From contig NC_058368.1 in the NCBI RefSeq assembly GCF_018350175.1, positions 35,466,001 to 35,530,000 on the forward strand: a stretch of 64,000 nucleotides of DNA. The letters run 5' to 3'. The notes under the pieces are model-generated. The model searched no databases. It was not told the DNA's origin and worked only from the letters and a program-made list of their open reading frames with translations. The stretch is from Felis catus (taxonomy: Eukaryota). Shown here piece after piece: positions 50,695 through 63,420 of the stretch. Position numbers and translations under genes: made by a program. Each line of letters opens with the position of its first letter. Within the stretch, counting starts at the first letter, position 1.

Positions 50695-51444
50695 CATCAA
50701 AACCTATTCTATACTGTTTGGTAATACTAAGGCTGAGACTCTAAAAATGTTCCTTTGGGGTGCCTGGGTGGCTCAATCAGTTAAGTGTCCGACTTTGGCT
50801 CAGGTCATGGTCTAACCCCTCATGAGTTCCAACCCCACATCTGGCTCTGTGCTGACAGCTCAGAGCCTGGAGCCTGCTTCAGATTCTGTGTCTCCCTCTC
50901 TCTCTCTGCCCCTCCCCCACTCACACTTTGTCTCTCTTTTCATAAATTAACAGTAAAAAAATTTTTTTTTAATAATAAAAACATTCCTTTGCTTTGCCAG
51001 TGGCTGCCTGTTCAGCTCTGCCACAAGGGGGCTCTAGAGGGAGACTGTTCCTTCCTGTTTGCATCCTATTGCCCTTTTGGTTTTCTGTCATTGCTTTACT
51101 TTCCTCTTTGTGTTACTCTAGCAACCCTTCTTCATCCTGACAGTAGCTGTTTGTCCCAGTATAGTAGTTGACTGCAGTTTGCAACACTCAAAGCACCCAG
51201 CCATGCCACAACCCTCAGAGACAGCAGCTCTGCCCAGCCCTTCCTCCAAGCCACTTAGCATTTAATAATGGCAACCCCTTCCTTCTCTCTACATCCCCAG
51301 GGTTGTGCTTACTGTTCTCGTTTTGTCTTTTCCTTTCTTCAGTACCTGTTAACAATAGATCTCAAACAATTCTTTGTTTCCATTTTTTGTTCTATTAAAA
51401 TAACAAGTGTGTATTTTACCTCTAGACTGAACTCTGAGTGATAT
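50695..51444 (+). mobile_element. ERVL LTR41/LTR33-like solo LTR interrupted by a SINEC
   Basis: ggctgagactct..ttgccagtggctgcctgttcagctctgccacaagggggctctagagggagactg; ends attaaaataacaagtgtg..gactgaactctgagtgata. Confidence 0.7.
50757..50975 (+). mobile_element. SINEC
   Basis: ggggtgcctgggtggctca head. TSD taaaaatgttccttt/taaaaacattccttt. Confidence 0.95.
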
Positions 51445-51954
51445 GTATACATTATGCAGCCTTCTTGGATTCCTCTTCAGACTCTATTCCAGGATCCCCT
51501 CTATGAATAATCTTGTGCCACAAACATGTTTTTTACCATCCCATTAGACATGGGCATTTCTCAAATAACTTTGATCTCCATGACTACTGTTCATAGCCCT
51601 CTTTCAAAGAAACACTTGTCACCACATCTGATCTTTCCACTCATGACTGCTAGCCCTTTGGAAATAGACACATGCTTGTATCTGGGTGCTACCAACTGTT
51701 TCTCCTAGCTTCTTACCTCTCTGAAACAACACCTATAAAATGTTCTTGAGTCAGCCTCACAACATAGCAGAGAAAATTGTTGAAACCAAAGATAGTAGAG
51801 ATAGGTAGACAGAACTGTATGTATCATCATTATCACTTATCCTCCCTCTCTTCTGTTTCTCCCATCTCCAAGTCACTCTACAGAGGTTGTATTTTTTTTT
51901 TCCAAATATCATTTTCATCTTAGCACTGCCTTCCTCAAGAATGATTCCCTACTG

Positions 51955-52088
51955 ATACAGGTGTGCTGCTCTGAAGCGACACATGCACCCCAATGTTTAT
52001 AGCAGCACTATCAACAATGGCCAAAGTATGGAAAGAGACCAAATGTCCACTGATGGATGAATGGATAAAGAAGATGTGGTGTGTATAA

Positions 52089-52129
<41 letters not shown>

Positions 52130-52590
52130 ATATACATATATATATGTATATGTAATGTAATACGTAATGTATATGTATATGTAACACACACACACACACA
52201 CACACACAAATGGAGTATTACTCAGCAATCAAAAAGAATGAAATCTTGCTATTTGCACTACATGGATGGAACTAGAGGGTATTATGCTAAGCAAAATTAG
52301 TCACAGAAAGACAAATATCATATGACTTCACTCATATGAGGACTTTAAGACAAAAAACAGATGAACATAAGGGATGGGAAGCAAAAATAATATAAAAACA
52401 GGGAGGGGGACAAAACATAAGAGACTCTTAAACATACAGAACAAACAGAGGGTTACTGGAGGGGTTGTGGGAGGGGGGATGGGCTAAATGGGTAAGGGGC
52501 ATTAAGGAATCTACTCCTGAAGTCATTGTTGCACTATATGCTAACTAATTTGGATGTAAATTAAACAAATAAAATTAAAAAAAAAAAAAA
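51955..52590 (+). mobile_element. 5'-truncated carnivore/felid L1 with poly(A) and TSD
   Basis: Homologous to the L1 at ~1029 onward; poly(A) to 52590. TSD AAGAATGATTCCCTACTG (51937-51954) / AAGAATGATTACCTATTG (52591-52608). Confidence 0.95.
52084..52208. repeat. Compound (GATA)n/(TA-rich)/(CA)n microsatellite inside L1
   Basis: Direct. Confidence 0.95.
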
Positions 52591-53228
52591 AAGAATGATT
52601 ACCTATTGCCCACCAAAACACCAGATCTAAACTTGTAACTTAGACCCTGGGTTTCATTAGGCTTCAGCCAGTTAGACTGACAGCATTTTATAGTCTTGAA
52701 CTGACTTTGCCATTTTGTAGGTCTGATCATTGTTTTTCAAAAGACCTAGTAACCGCCTGTAGGAATAGACCTATTAAGGGAACGGGATATTTGGGAAGCT
52801 GACCTATGGTTCAGCCCATCTCACAGCAACACTCTGGAATATGCTGCACTGGGGAGAGAGAAGACAGGGAGCCAGAGTCTCCATAGATGTAGTAGAGGCC
52901 AAGAGGGAATCTCTCCAAAAATGGAGGAAGCTTCTTGGAAGAGCTTAATCCTTACCCTAGTTACATGCTGTCAGAAGCCACTGAACATCCTTAGGAGGAT
53001 TCAAGGAGCAGCAAATATTCGTTCTAACCCTGAGGGTTATTATACTTCTATATAGAAGGCCATCGATATACAATAAGCTGTATCCTTTGCTTACATTTAA
53101 ATACTTTGAAAATAACTTGGAATATTTTTCTTGTCTCAGTGGATATTTCCACCAACCACACCTACCTACGAGATGCACTGCCACAAAAAAGACCTTTTAA
53201 AAATTGCTTATTAAATAAATCTATGACT

Positions 53229-53441
53229 GGGGCGCCTGGGTGGCTCAGTTGGTTGAGCGTCCGACTTTGGCTCAGGTCATGATCTCACTGTGGGTGAGTT
53301 CGAGCCCTGCATCGGCCTCTGTGCTGACAGCTCAGAGCCTGGAGCCTGCTTTGGATTCTGTGTCTCCCTCCCTCTCTGTCCCTCCCCACTCATGTTCTGT
53401 CTCTGGAAAATGAATAAACCTTAAAAAAAAAAAAAACTTTT

Positions 53442-53477
<36 letters not shown>
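53229..53477 (+). mobile_element. SINEC with (TAAA)n tail
   Basis: ggggcgcctgggtggctcagttggttgagcgtccgact head; tail has expanded into TAAA repeats. Confidence 0.96.
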
Positions 53478-53479
<2 letters not shown>

Positions 53480-54499
53480 CTACATATGATAGCTACAATT
53501 TTTACCTGATTGTATGGTCACTCCTCAGGTTTCATCACATTATATGTTACTTACAAGGAAAATTATCTGTGCCTAATTTACTGGTGGCTCAGCCTATTTC
53601 CATGATTTTAAGTAGCCAACTAAAAATAGAAAATTCAGTCAAATGTCTGCATTTTCATCTACATGATATCAAATACCTATTTTTAAATACTTGCATCTTT
53701 GATGTATCTTATAGGTCAGCCTAAGAAAAGAAGATAATTAGGATGTGCAAAACATATTTATATATTTTAGTGTGCTTGCTGAATTTTTACTTGGCTAATT
53801 ACGATTTTGCTTTAATGTTAAATATTATGGTTTTTTTATATATAAGTTGACTTAGTACTAAATTATCTTTAGTTTTGATGTACCTATCATGACTTTTTAA
53901 GTATATTTACTGTCATTCATTTCATTAACTTTTTTCATTATTTATTTCTGAAGGATTTATGTGTTTAACTTAGTTTGATTTCTTAATGCTACAAACTTCC
54001 TTGATTTCAGGAATCTATAAAAATACTGAGTGCAAAATGAGGAATATAATCAAAAGAAGTTTTCTGTTACCTGATTTCACAAAAATATGAAGATTTGATG
54101 AACAGGATGGAAATGTGGTACTATCTATTCAAATTCATCAGTGGCATACATTCTGAGCTTCTCGTGTGGCACATTACAGGATCCTTTTAAATTCTTACTT
54201 CTTTCCATGAAATGAAATATGTTTACTATGCATATATCCCTGAAACAAATAGTTTTTCCTACTTGAATGTGAAGAGTATGCATCTCTTAATGAATCATCT
54301 GGAGGTGGTAAATGTGAATAGCAATGTATTTATGTTTGTGTAAATGTCCTTTAGCCCACACTGCTGGCCAAACTTCATGTTCAGCCTCATTTTATAGGCT
54401 GCTTTAAGAAAAAGAACTCTGAGTTAAAGATAAATAAATAAATGGCAATCAATAGCACTTATTTCTGTTTCTATCTCCTTGGAACTCATCATACCTCAT

Positions 54500-54935
54500 A
54501 GAATTGAATTTAAATACATTCTCTAATGACTAAAATACAACTCATTCCAGAAGTCTATTGGAACTTGCCTCCCCTAATCCTGCCTGGATACACTGAAAAA
54601 AAATCCAAACTCTTTTACCCTGACAAGGCCCCCACTTCATAAGTTGTCAGTGTCTTATTTAATGTATTATAGCCATACCAGTCTTTATGTTCCACGACTT
54701 GCAAGGCTAATTTCCCCCTCAGAACACTTACATTTGCTATTCCCTCTATTGGGAGGATGGTTTCCCCCAAATCTTTAGAAGACCAACTGCTTCTCATCAT
54801 TCATGTCTGACCTCAAAGGATACCTCCTTGGAGAGGCCTTCTCTAAACATGCTAACTACCCTCTACTTCATTTCCCTGGATCAGAGCCTTGATCTGTACC
54901 TGACATCATTTATTTGCTTGTTATCTACCTAGGGA
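54500..54935 (+). mobile_element. L2 fragment
   Basis: catttgctattccctct..ctgcttctcatcattcatgtctgacctcaaagg..cctccttggagaggccttctct. Confidence 0.7.
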
Positions 54936-55469
54936 TGAGTCCTTGGCTAGCCTCATTCTTCCTACCTTGGGAGGTTTCTCCCCCATCTTGATCATCTAAG
55001 TTTGGTCCCTAGATTCTCTTCAGGTTTCTGGTCTATTCTCTCACTCTCTGCTGGAACCTGTCTGAAATCCTGAGCTGATTATGTTTGTCTCTGATCCCTT
55101 GTCTTCCTCCTACCAGAATCCTCTGTCTCAAAATTAGACATGGCATCCTATAGCCTCAGATATCGATATAGATCCTTGTCTCCACAGAGGGGCCTTCCTG
55201 AAGCTTCTAATCTTTAAGAGACCCTTGCTATCATGGCTAAACTCACTAGGTCACAATTTTTAGCTCATACCTAGAAACTATGATTGAACACCAACCTCCG
55301 TAAGAAACATGAAGATCATTCTCTTACTTCTCCAACATTCCTTGAGATTGTAAGTTCTCTTGATTCCCCAGTATTCCTTGATATTTTCAAGAACACCACT
55401 TATAAAATGAATGATTTCCTATTAATCTTATCAAGTCACAAAATTAAGATTCATGTAGCTTAATGCAGG

Positions 55470-55670
55470 CAACACATGGTACAGTGAGGTAGTTAGTTGC
55501 ATGAGCCTGGGTATAAATCCTAGCTGTGCCATTTCCTAGCCATGTGAACCTGGAGGTGTTTGTCAAGCTCTTTGAGCCTTACACTCCTAAGTATAAAATG
55601 GGGGGAATGAAAGCATCTTCCTGAGAAGGTTGTTATTAGGATATGGTAAGAAAATGTGCCAGATATGCTC
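55470..55670 (+). mobile_element. MIR SINE
   Basis: cctgggtataaatcctagctgtgccatttcctagccatgtgaacctgg. Confidence 0.75.
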
Positions 55671-55699
55671 ATTCATTCTATGTGAACATGCAGAATAAT

Positions 55700-57162
55700 G
55701 CAATCCTAGGAGAGAAATCTGAAACATATAACAAAACTACATGAGCATTCAACATCACACCTATAAGTATACCTCCAAAAAGCATGACACAATATAGGTT
55801 CAAGGTTACTTGTCAAAGCTTTATTTATGGGGTGCCTGGGTGGCGCAGTCGGTTAAGCGTCTGACTTCAGCCAGGTCACGATCTCGCGGTCCGTGAGTTC
55901 AAGCCCCGCGTCAGGCTCTGGGCTGATGGCTCAGAGCCTGGAGCCTGTTTCCGATTCTGTGTCTCCCTCTCTCTCTGCCCCTCCCCCGTTCATGCTCTGT
56001 CTCTCTCTGTCCCAAAAATAAATAAACGTTGGAAAAAAAATTTTTTTTTAAAAAAAAAGCTTTATTTATAATAGCAAAATATCAAAAAATCACAGAAAAC
56101 TCATTGACATAATCAAGTACTATGCATTTATGAAAAGAATGAGAAGTACTTCTATGAAGTGATATGGAAGGATTTTTATAATACATTAAATGAAAAAAAG
56201 CAAATGCAAAAGAATATTGTAATATATATCACATTATATTTTATATAAAACCTTTATCATAAGACAGAAAATCAGAAATATATATCTATACACACACACA
56301 CACACACACACATATATACACATACATATAAACATATGCATATATATGCAACTTATTTGCTTATTTTTACAAAATGAAATATAGGAAAGAGAAACCAGAA
56401 ACTAATGAAAATAGTTACTCATAAGAGGTGGATGGGGATTAGGAAGAAAGATAGAAATAGGAAGAAGACTTCTGTTGGTAGATATTTTTAATGTAGTTTT
56501 GCCTTTTGAGCCATGTAAATGTTTTACATATCTAAGAATTAAATTTAAATTAAAAAAATAGACCAAAGGCAAAGCCTAATATTGAATACAGACAGACAGA
56601 AACAAATGAACTTAACTACATATCAACTTGATTATATAACCATGCAGAAAAGTAGTTTTTGAACACCGTAGTGTGACAACACACTTGATGAGAATTTACC
56701 AGATACTTCCAAATTGTGTGACTTTCTATAGGGCATTTGCCCTGGAATCTTCAAAAATATTAATGTTGTAATTGATAAAATAGGCAGGGGGGCTGTTCTG
56801 CATGAACAGAGACCAGAGAGACAAGATAACTAAATATATTGTGTGCTCCTTCTCTAGATCTTGAATTCAACAAAAGAATAGCTATAAAGGACATTATTGG
56901 GACAATTGGGGGAAATTTGCATGTGGACTGTATGTTACAACATATCATTGCATCAATGTTAAGTTCCTTGGGTATGATCATGACAGGGTGTATGCTGAGG
57001 TATTTAGAGATGAGCTATCATGATTCTGCATGAAGTTTACTTTCGTACTTTAGGCAAAAAGAAGGAGAGAGAGTGAGAGAAAAAGCAAATGTGCAAAACG
57101 TTCGTATTAGTCTTTCAACTATTCTGTAGGCTTGAAATTTTTTCCAAGTAAAAAGTTTGGGA
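55700..57162 (+). mobile_element. Ancient L1 (L1MC/L1ME-like) 3' region
   Basis: aaaccagaaactaatgaaaatagttac, ctataaaggacattattgggacaattgg, tttcaactattctgtaggcttgaaatttttt. Confidence 0.8.
55829..56055 (+). mobile_element. Very young felid SINEC (SINEC_Fc-like)
   Basis: gtggcgcagtcggttaagcg..cacgatctcgcggtccgtgag with CpGs intact. Perfect 14-bp TSD AAAGCTTTATTTAT (55815-55828, 56056-56069). Confidence 0.97.
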
Positions 57163-58699
57163 GGTAACCCCCAAAACAAACAAACTAAAAAAGATCTGTG
57201 CTTGCTAGCTATCACTTTCTCTGATTCTCCCAATCTGGGAGCCTGTGAGAAGGAAACCTGGGATAAATACATATGGCTGATAAATAAAAAAGAAATCATG
57301 TACTGGGATCTATTTTCAGCCCACTGAAGCATGTCAGTTGGTACTTTATTTATTCATTTCCCATAGGATTTGCCTAAACAAATAAAATTGCCTCCAACTT
57401 TAAAAAAGGAAGTGAGACTGTCTCCAAGCTTCCCTGGAAAGAAGCAGTTAAATCTTATCCTTATTTTACCTCCTTCTTATTTAGTGATGTGCCTTGGCAG
57501 AAACTCAAGGGGAGTATAGTTACAGCCAGCCTCTGGAAAAAAAGCAGACAGCACTGCCTCTTGCTCTCATGAATTACGCTGGGGGACACGCCGCCTCCAA
57601 CCTGCCCATCTCAATTGTGGTGACAAAGCACCAGGCCAAGAGGCAGACCCCTGAGTAGTCAGGTCTATATTATTTCAGATTTTAAATACTAAAAAGGAGA
57701 CAGAAAGCCTTTTCTCCCAGATCAGAGAGTGGGAAGTATAATTTACAATAGATTAGGCTCACCTTATCTGGGGGCCATTTAAAGATCTGTAAGCCCTTCC
57801 CTCTAAATTTCTGATACACAATTGACCTAACAAAACACCTTTAGACACTCCTAAATTATATACTTAAAAAAAATCTTTTTCCCAGATATATAATATTTGC
57901 CCCACAAAACGATGAAATATTTGCCACTGGCCTTCTACTTTTCTTTCTTTCAAGGCTTAAAAGCCTATTTGATTTCTGTTGCCGAATTGTATCCAGGTAC
58001 AGACAGACACCCTTTGTAACTGGTTAAAAGCTACAGAAAGGCTCTATTGAAACAAAATGCTGCTCATATCCCCATCCATGCCAGGAGGAACAAATCGCAC
58101 AAAAGAACCTAAAGAAAACTGTTTTATAGTTACTATAGTGTTACATTAGCTGACAAGGGAGAGATGATTACATTTATAGATTTTTTTTTTTATAGAGGCA
58201 GAATCTATACGCAGCTGAAGAATTATGTATTATCACCACTGGAATTTGAATTCAGCTAATGAGAACTAACAGCAAAGGAAGACTTCTTGCAAGGCTTCTT
58301 GGTCTTAGCCCTGTATATGGGCCATAAAATTAGGCTGCCTTGCCTCCCTTTGGGGCCACAATGCTGATCTGCAAATGCATTTCAAGATTCCACTTGCGCA
58401 TCCATAAAAATATTAAAACATGCATCCTAAGCTAATTATGAAGTTGGAAGCTATTAATACCAAGCTATCAGTATAAAATAATACCTTATATTTGCATAGT
58501 GTTATGTACCTCTGTGCTTCAGAGCACAGACACAGAGATAATCTCACTTAATCCTGGGAACTCCATGAGGTAAATTGTGTGATGAGTCTTTCCACCACAT
58601 AAAGCACCTGAACAAGACATGATCATTCTCAGTGCTGAAACTTTATGTCCACCATTCACCACAACTGGAAAACACTGCCTTGAGAGAAAGAGAAACAGG

Positions 58700-58885
58700 G
58701 AAACAGAGAGAGACTCAGCTCTGTTGTTTTACCAGCTGTGTGACTCTGGACAAATGACCAAACTTCTCTGAGCCTCAGTTTCCTCAGCTGCAAAATAAGG
58801 GAAATAATACCTACCTCTTAAGAATGATGTAATAGTTAAATGAATTTAAAAGAAGTAACTTAGCACTCAAAAATTATAACTATTC
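58700..58885 (+). mobile_element. MIR SINE
   Basis: accagctgtgtgactctggacaaatgaccaaacttctctgagcctcagtttcctcagctgcaaaat. Confidence 0.88.
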
Positions 58886-59470
58886 ACTCACTCATTCAAC
58901 AAATATTTTTCTGTTTTTAGCAGGCGGTAGACAAGAAAAATATAGATCTAGAAGAAGCAAGGAATATAGGTATCCTATTAAGATACAGTGTCAACCTTCA
59001 TGAAGCTTACAGATGTGAAGGAAGGTAGACACTTAAATAAACCATTAGAATGCAGTGTGATATTAAGGAAAGCAGGCCAGGGCCACCATATATAGTTTTA
59101 AAGGTTTTACACTCCACAATCCAGGGGACAACCTTCATGTCACGGTGTATGTGAGCGATGACAACCCTAGGGGTGTGTAATGTGCCACCAGAGAAGCCAT
59201 ACACAGCAATCTTGCCAGTAACAGAAAAAAAGGTTAATTAAGGCTTCATTGAGGTGATAATGAATGTAGGTCATTCCAGAAAAGAGAAGTTCATGAGAAT
59301 GCATGAAACGAATGTGGAACTGCAAAACCACCAGTACCATAGTAGATACTGTGTATATAAGACAGAAAGATGAAATCGAAAAGATAAACAGAGACCACAT
59401 GGTTAATGGCCTCGGAAACCATGCCAGAGAATTTGCATTTTACTCTTAAAATAACAAGGTGCTTTAGCCC
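58885..59470 (-). mobile_element. L2 fragment split by MER91
   Basis: Starts cactcattcaacaaatattt (reverse L2 tail). Confidence 0.6.
59078..59214. mobile_element. MER91-like palindromic hAT MITE
   Basis: cagggccaccatatatagtt..ccacaatccagggg..ccctaggggtgtg..gcaatcttg forms a degenerate hairpin. Confidence 0.7.
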
Positions 59471-59477
59471 AAATATG

Positions 59478-59850
59478 TGATTGTTGCCTTAACATACCTT
59501 CATTCCTTTCCATCAGCTCCCGGTTTTCATTTGTAGATATACATAGCTCTAGGAACTGTACAAACAGAATGAAGCCCAAAAATGTTACTGATAATGCTAA
59601 AACAACTGTACAAGAAGATGTGTGGCTAAGAGGGGGGACAGCCTTAGAATAAAGTTGACACTGTGGCAGGCAGACTGAAAAGAGAGAAAGAAACCAGCTT
59701 CCCAATGACTATATTGAACCCTGGGTCTAACTTTGCCTGAAGTCCACCTACTTTGAGATCTTCAGTTACATGAACCAATAAAATTCTATTTATTGCCTCA
59801 ACAAGTTTGGGTTCTGTTTTCTGTTACCTTCAAGCAAAAGATCTAGCTCT
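59478..59850 (+). mobile_element. MaLR LTR (MLT1J-like)
   Basis: ttgaaccctgggtc..tgcctgaagtc..cagttacatgaaccaataaaattc..gtttgggttctgttttctgttac. Confidence 0.78.
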
Positions 59851-60904
59851 ACCTCACACATGACTCTTCTCTGGACAGCCCCCACCCAGGGTGATCTTCC
59901 TCCTTTTAACTCCTAAGATTCTAGCTCCCTGGATAATTATTCAGTCTTACAAATCCTGCTTTGCACCAAAGACGGACTTTTCATAAATGTGCATCTTCCA
60001 AATGGTTATAATCTCCAGGAATCCTGGTTTTATGATTTTTTTTTCTTTTTTTTTTATAGCTCTCCTCCATGTAGTTCTGTGCTTTGTATGCAGTAATTAC
60101 TCAAATAGCCCCTAGTTAACTGAGTGCTCTTTCTGGTACACTGTACTGCCCACTTTGTTTCTGGTTCCCCATGTAAGAAACACAGGCCTAGAAATTTCCA
60201 AAGGATTGAGAATACTTCTGTCTTGCAATGTTCAAAACTCTCCCAGCTTCCAGTTTTAGCACTGTCTCTGCATTACCAAATGGCTTGGAGAAGTCTCAAC
60301 CTCTATGGGTCTCTTTCTACCTATAAAAACTTTCACAGAAATATCTGGAAAAGTCAGGATTAAAAGTCAAGATAGTTGGAACCTGTGAGGCACAAAGCTG
60401 GTGGAGGAAGATAACATCTGAAAGGAAATAACTTGTAGGAAGGAAGGTAGTTAAAGTACATTTTAGAGAAAGTGCAACTGATAAAGACATCTATTTAAGG
60501 AATACAATAGGACAAAAGGGCGTAGCTAAAGACTTTGCACCAGAACCCATGATCCAATTAAAGAAACTGCCCCCAAATAAATGAATCGAATGTTGCAAAC
60601 AGGTGTGATTCTGTTGTGTTTGTTATTAAGGCCCTTTACTCAGTAAACGTTCATCAACTGTCTATATTTATGAAGCTCTTTGATCAGTACTAGGAAGATG
60701 GCCATAAAAAGGATAAGCATCATCCTGCCTGCCTAAAGCTTAAGTTCTAGTGAAGGATACAGACAAGTCAACAATCTATTGCAATACAGTATGATGAGTG
60801 CACTATTTAGAGGGCACATGGTTTTCTATGTCAGTGGGCATTTACATTTTCCCAGAAATACAAACTATAATGTGAGTGGCGCTCTGAATAAGAAATATAA
60901 TGGG

Positions 60905-61282
60905 CATTATGGACTGAATGTTTGTGTCTCTCCCAAATTCACATGTGAGGCCTCAACCCCAAATGTGACTATATTCAGGGATAGGACCTTTATGAAAGTG
61001 ATTAAGGCCAAATGAGGTCAAAAGAGTAGAGCCTTAATCTGATAGGATTAGTGTCCTTATATGAAGTGACATAACTGGGAGAGCTCACACTCTCTTTTTA
61101 CCATGTGGGCACACAGCAAGAAGGCAGCTGTCTACAAGCCAGTAAGAGAGATCACTGGAAACCAAGGCTGCAGACCTTTATTTTGAAACTTCCAGGCTCC
61201 ATAACTGTAAGAAAATAAATGTCTGTTCTTTAAGCCGGAGTCTGTGGTGTTTTGTTATGGCAGCCCAAGCAGACGAATAACA
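60905..61282 (+). mobile_element. MaLR LTR (MLT1A-like)
   Basis: ttatggactgaatgtttgtgtc..cccaaattca..aactgtaagaaaataaatgtctgtt..ttttgttatggcagcccaagcagac. Confidence 0.92.
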
Positions 61283-61446
61283 CAGAGCGTTATAGGAGGA
61301 TCTAACCCAATCTCAGGAGTTCATAGAAGCCCCCGCTAAGAGAAAACAAAATTTACTATGAGTTCTAAAGGATGAGTAAGAGTTAGCTAGTCAAAGGGAG
61401 AGGTGGTAGAGGGGCTGGGGGAAGGTATTGAGTGGAGATGGTTTCC

Positions 61447-61464
61447 GGGGGGGGGGGGGGGGGG
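61447..61464 (+). repeat. G18 homopolymer
   Basis: Direct. Confidence 0.95.
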
Positions 61465-63074
61465 ACAAGAAGAGCGGGTGCACACTGAGTGGACCACAAA
61501 GTGGGAAGGGCACAGGACATGAAAAGACTAGCAGGGCAGAGTCACAATAGGTCTTTTTCATAAACTTTCATCAGAAGTTTGGATTTTATCCTGATATCCA
61601 TAAGATGCTATAATATTCCTAAGATATTAAAATTTAATAATAACTGGAATCACTTGTTTTATGTAATTTGCAAATTATCTCGAACGAAATTTCCATTTTT
61701 GCAGTTTTTCAAACATTTGCTCAGCACTACATGGTTAGCCTGCAGTGACATTTGTTTAATAAATGATGGGTTTAGGCCTTTTCTGAGGATATTATAATCC
61801 TCATCTTACCGTCACAGTGTGCCCACGGTTCCAAGTCAGAGGGTTTTTTTAATGATCTGTTATTGACATGGTAAAAGAGCCTTTCTCTAAAGCAATCCAT
61901 ATATCTCTGCGCTAAAATTCAGGTTTACGTTCAGGTTGCCGCCTAAAACTGAGCCCTTGCAGACCAGCCAACACAGTGCTGGATTTGTGAAGATCAAGTT
62001 TAAACCATCGAGTCTGGCCTCCAGAACAATTCTGTGTATTCCTGCACCTTCTGCAAGCTGCTGATCCTTGGATGAGTATTACCACTACCGTTTTACATTT
62101 TTCATCCTTCCGGAAAACAATAGCTAAACATCAGAGCATGAAATAATGTTTTGTTCAGGGGTCTGCCAAGCATGTCAGGTCAAATTCTCCTTTTTTTTGG
62201 CCTTCAAATTGTTTTGTGAACTCCCATAATAGCATCGCATCACATTTGGTCTTCAGGAAAACAGACTTTGAAAACAAGAGTTGATGGACCCTGACAGCCA
62301 GTTTCTTAGGTGTATCCTTCCAGCCACCCAAGCATGCCAGATAGTTACACTTTGACTTCAGGAGCCTTGACCCGCCTCCAAAGTCCTCCCATAGCACTAT
62401 AAACTCAACAGCTTTCGGGAGTCCACTGTTCACTGGACGGACGTACCTTAAGTCTCAGTATTTGGGGAAGATGGCTAGCTCTCAGAAATCTTTACAATAC
62501 TTTTCTTACTGTCCATTTCTTGTGGTGTGCATCTGGTGCACAAGGAAAAGCTCAGAGTGATAAAACTGAACACTAGAGCTACAGAATGAATAATGCTGAC
62601 TCCAACCTCAGGTTGACAAGGTGGGAAAACCCCCACCCTAACCTGGCACCATTACTGATTGCAGCTGACAGCGAGAAGTCATTTGGAAAAAAGATGTTTC
62701 TGTGATCAATAATCTTGGAATATCCTATTCAGAAATATCAGGCTTGGAACTCATCAAGAGAATCTTCGTGACAAAGCAAGGAGACTCCCCAATTGCTTCA
62801 CAGATAGAGCTGTGTCATTCAACCCATCTGAAACTCTGGAGGAAAATCAGACAGTGCAGGTGGGAAGGACCAACTCACCCAGATTCTTTACCAGTCTTTG
62901 TGTAAGGATCTGTGGTTGCTTTGGCCAAGTCATTGGATCTATTTCACATAGAAATGATATTAAATGCATACCCTGCCAGAATAGCTATTATCATTTCTAA
63001 TGCTGTATTCATTCTGCTAATATCCTTACAGGGTCTCCTCTTTCCTTTTGATGAGTTATCAGCCCTTCCACCGA

Positions 63075-63420
63075 TGTGTGCAAGGAAGCAAAGCAGACAG
63101 GTTTAAGGTGGAGGAAGAAGCTGAACAGGTATTGAATTGCTAAAGAGGCAGAACCTACAGGGAGCTCTGAGCTGGCATGACCCTTCAGAGTTTTCCCATA
63201 TTAAGGCAGGGAGGCAAAGCTTTAGACTGAAATTGACATGCTATTGGGTGATGGCTGCTCCAGGAAAGGGTCATGACCTTAGGGAATGCAGCTCCATAGG
63301 CAGAGGGCAATCCCTGGGAGGGCTCAACTGTAAGACCTCAGCAGTGACACCCCCAGAATCTGGGGAATGAGTGTCTTGGACTAGAAGGGGGGCATGGATG
63401 GTGCCACACAGATTTACCAT
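63075..63420 (-). mobile_element. ERVL LTR16A-like LTR fragment
   Basis: gggagctctgagctggcatgacccttcagagtt..gagggcaatccctgggagggctcaactg..ctggggaatgagtg. Confidence 0.8.

Larger units (their letters stand above)
60635..61620 (-). mobile_element. L2 fragment split by MLT1A
   Basis: Reverse L2 tail tactcagtaaacgtt..gcttaagttctagtg; resumes after 61282 (aaaggatgagtaagagttagctag). Confidence 0.6.

Noticed and set aside
50785..51171. 128-aa ORF on +
   Set aside because: Composed of SINEC and LTR sequence.
52987..53058. Three short palindromes (ATCCT..AGGAT, TAACCCTGAGGGTTA, CTTCTATATAGAAG)
   Set aside because: Short arms with no shared sequence; plausible by chance in 64 kb.
54011..54120. Acceptor ttccttgatttcag followed by an A-rich segment
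   Set aside because: All three frames stop within ~80 nt and there is no good donor.
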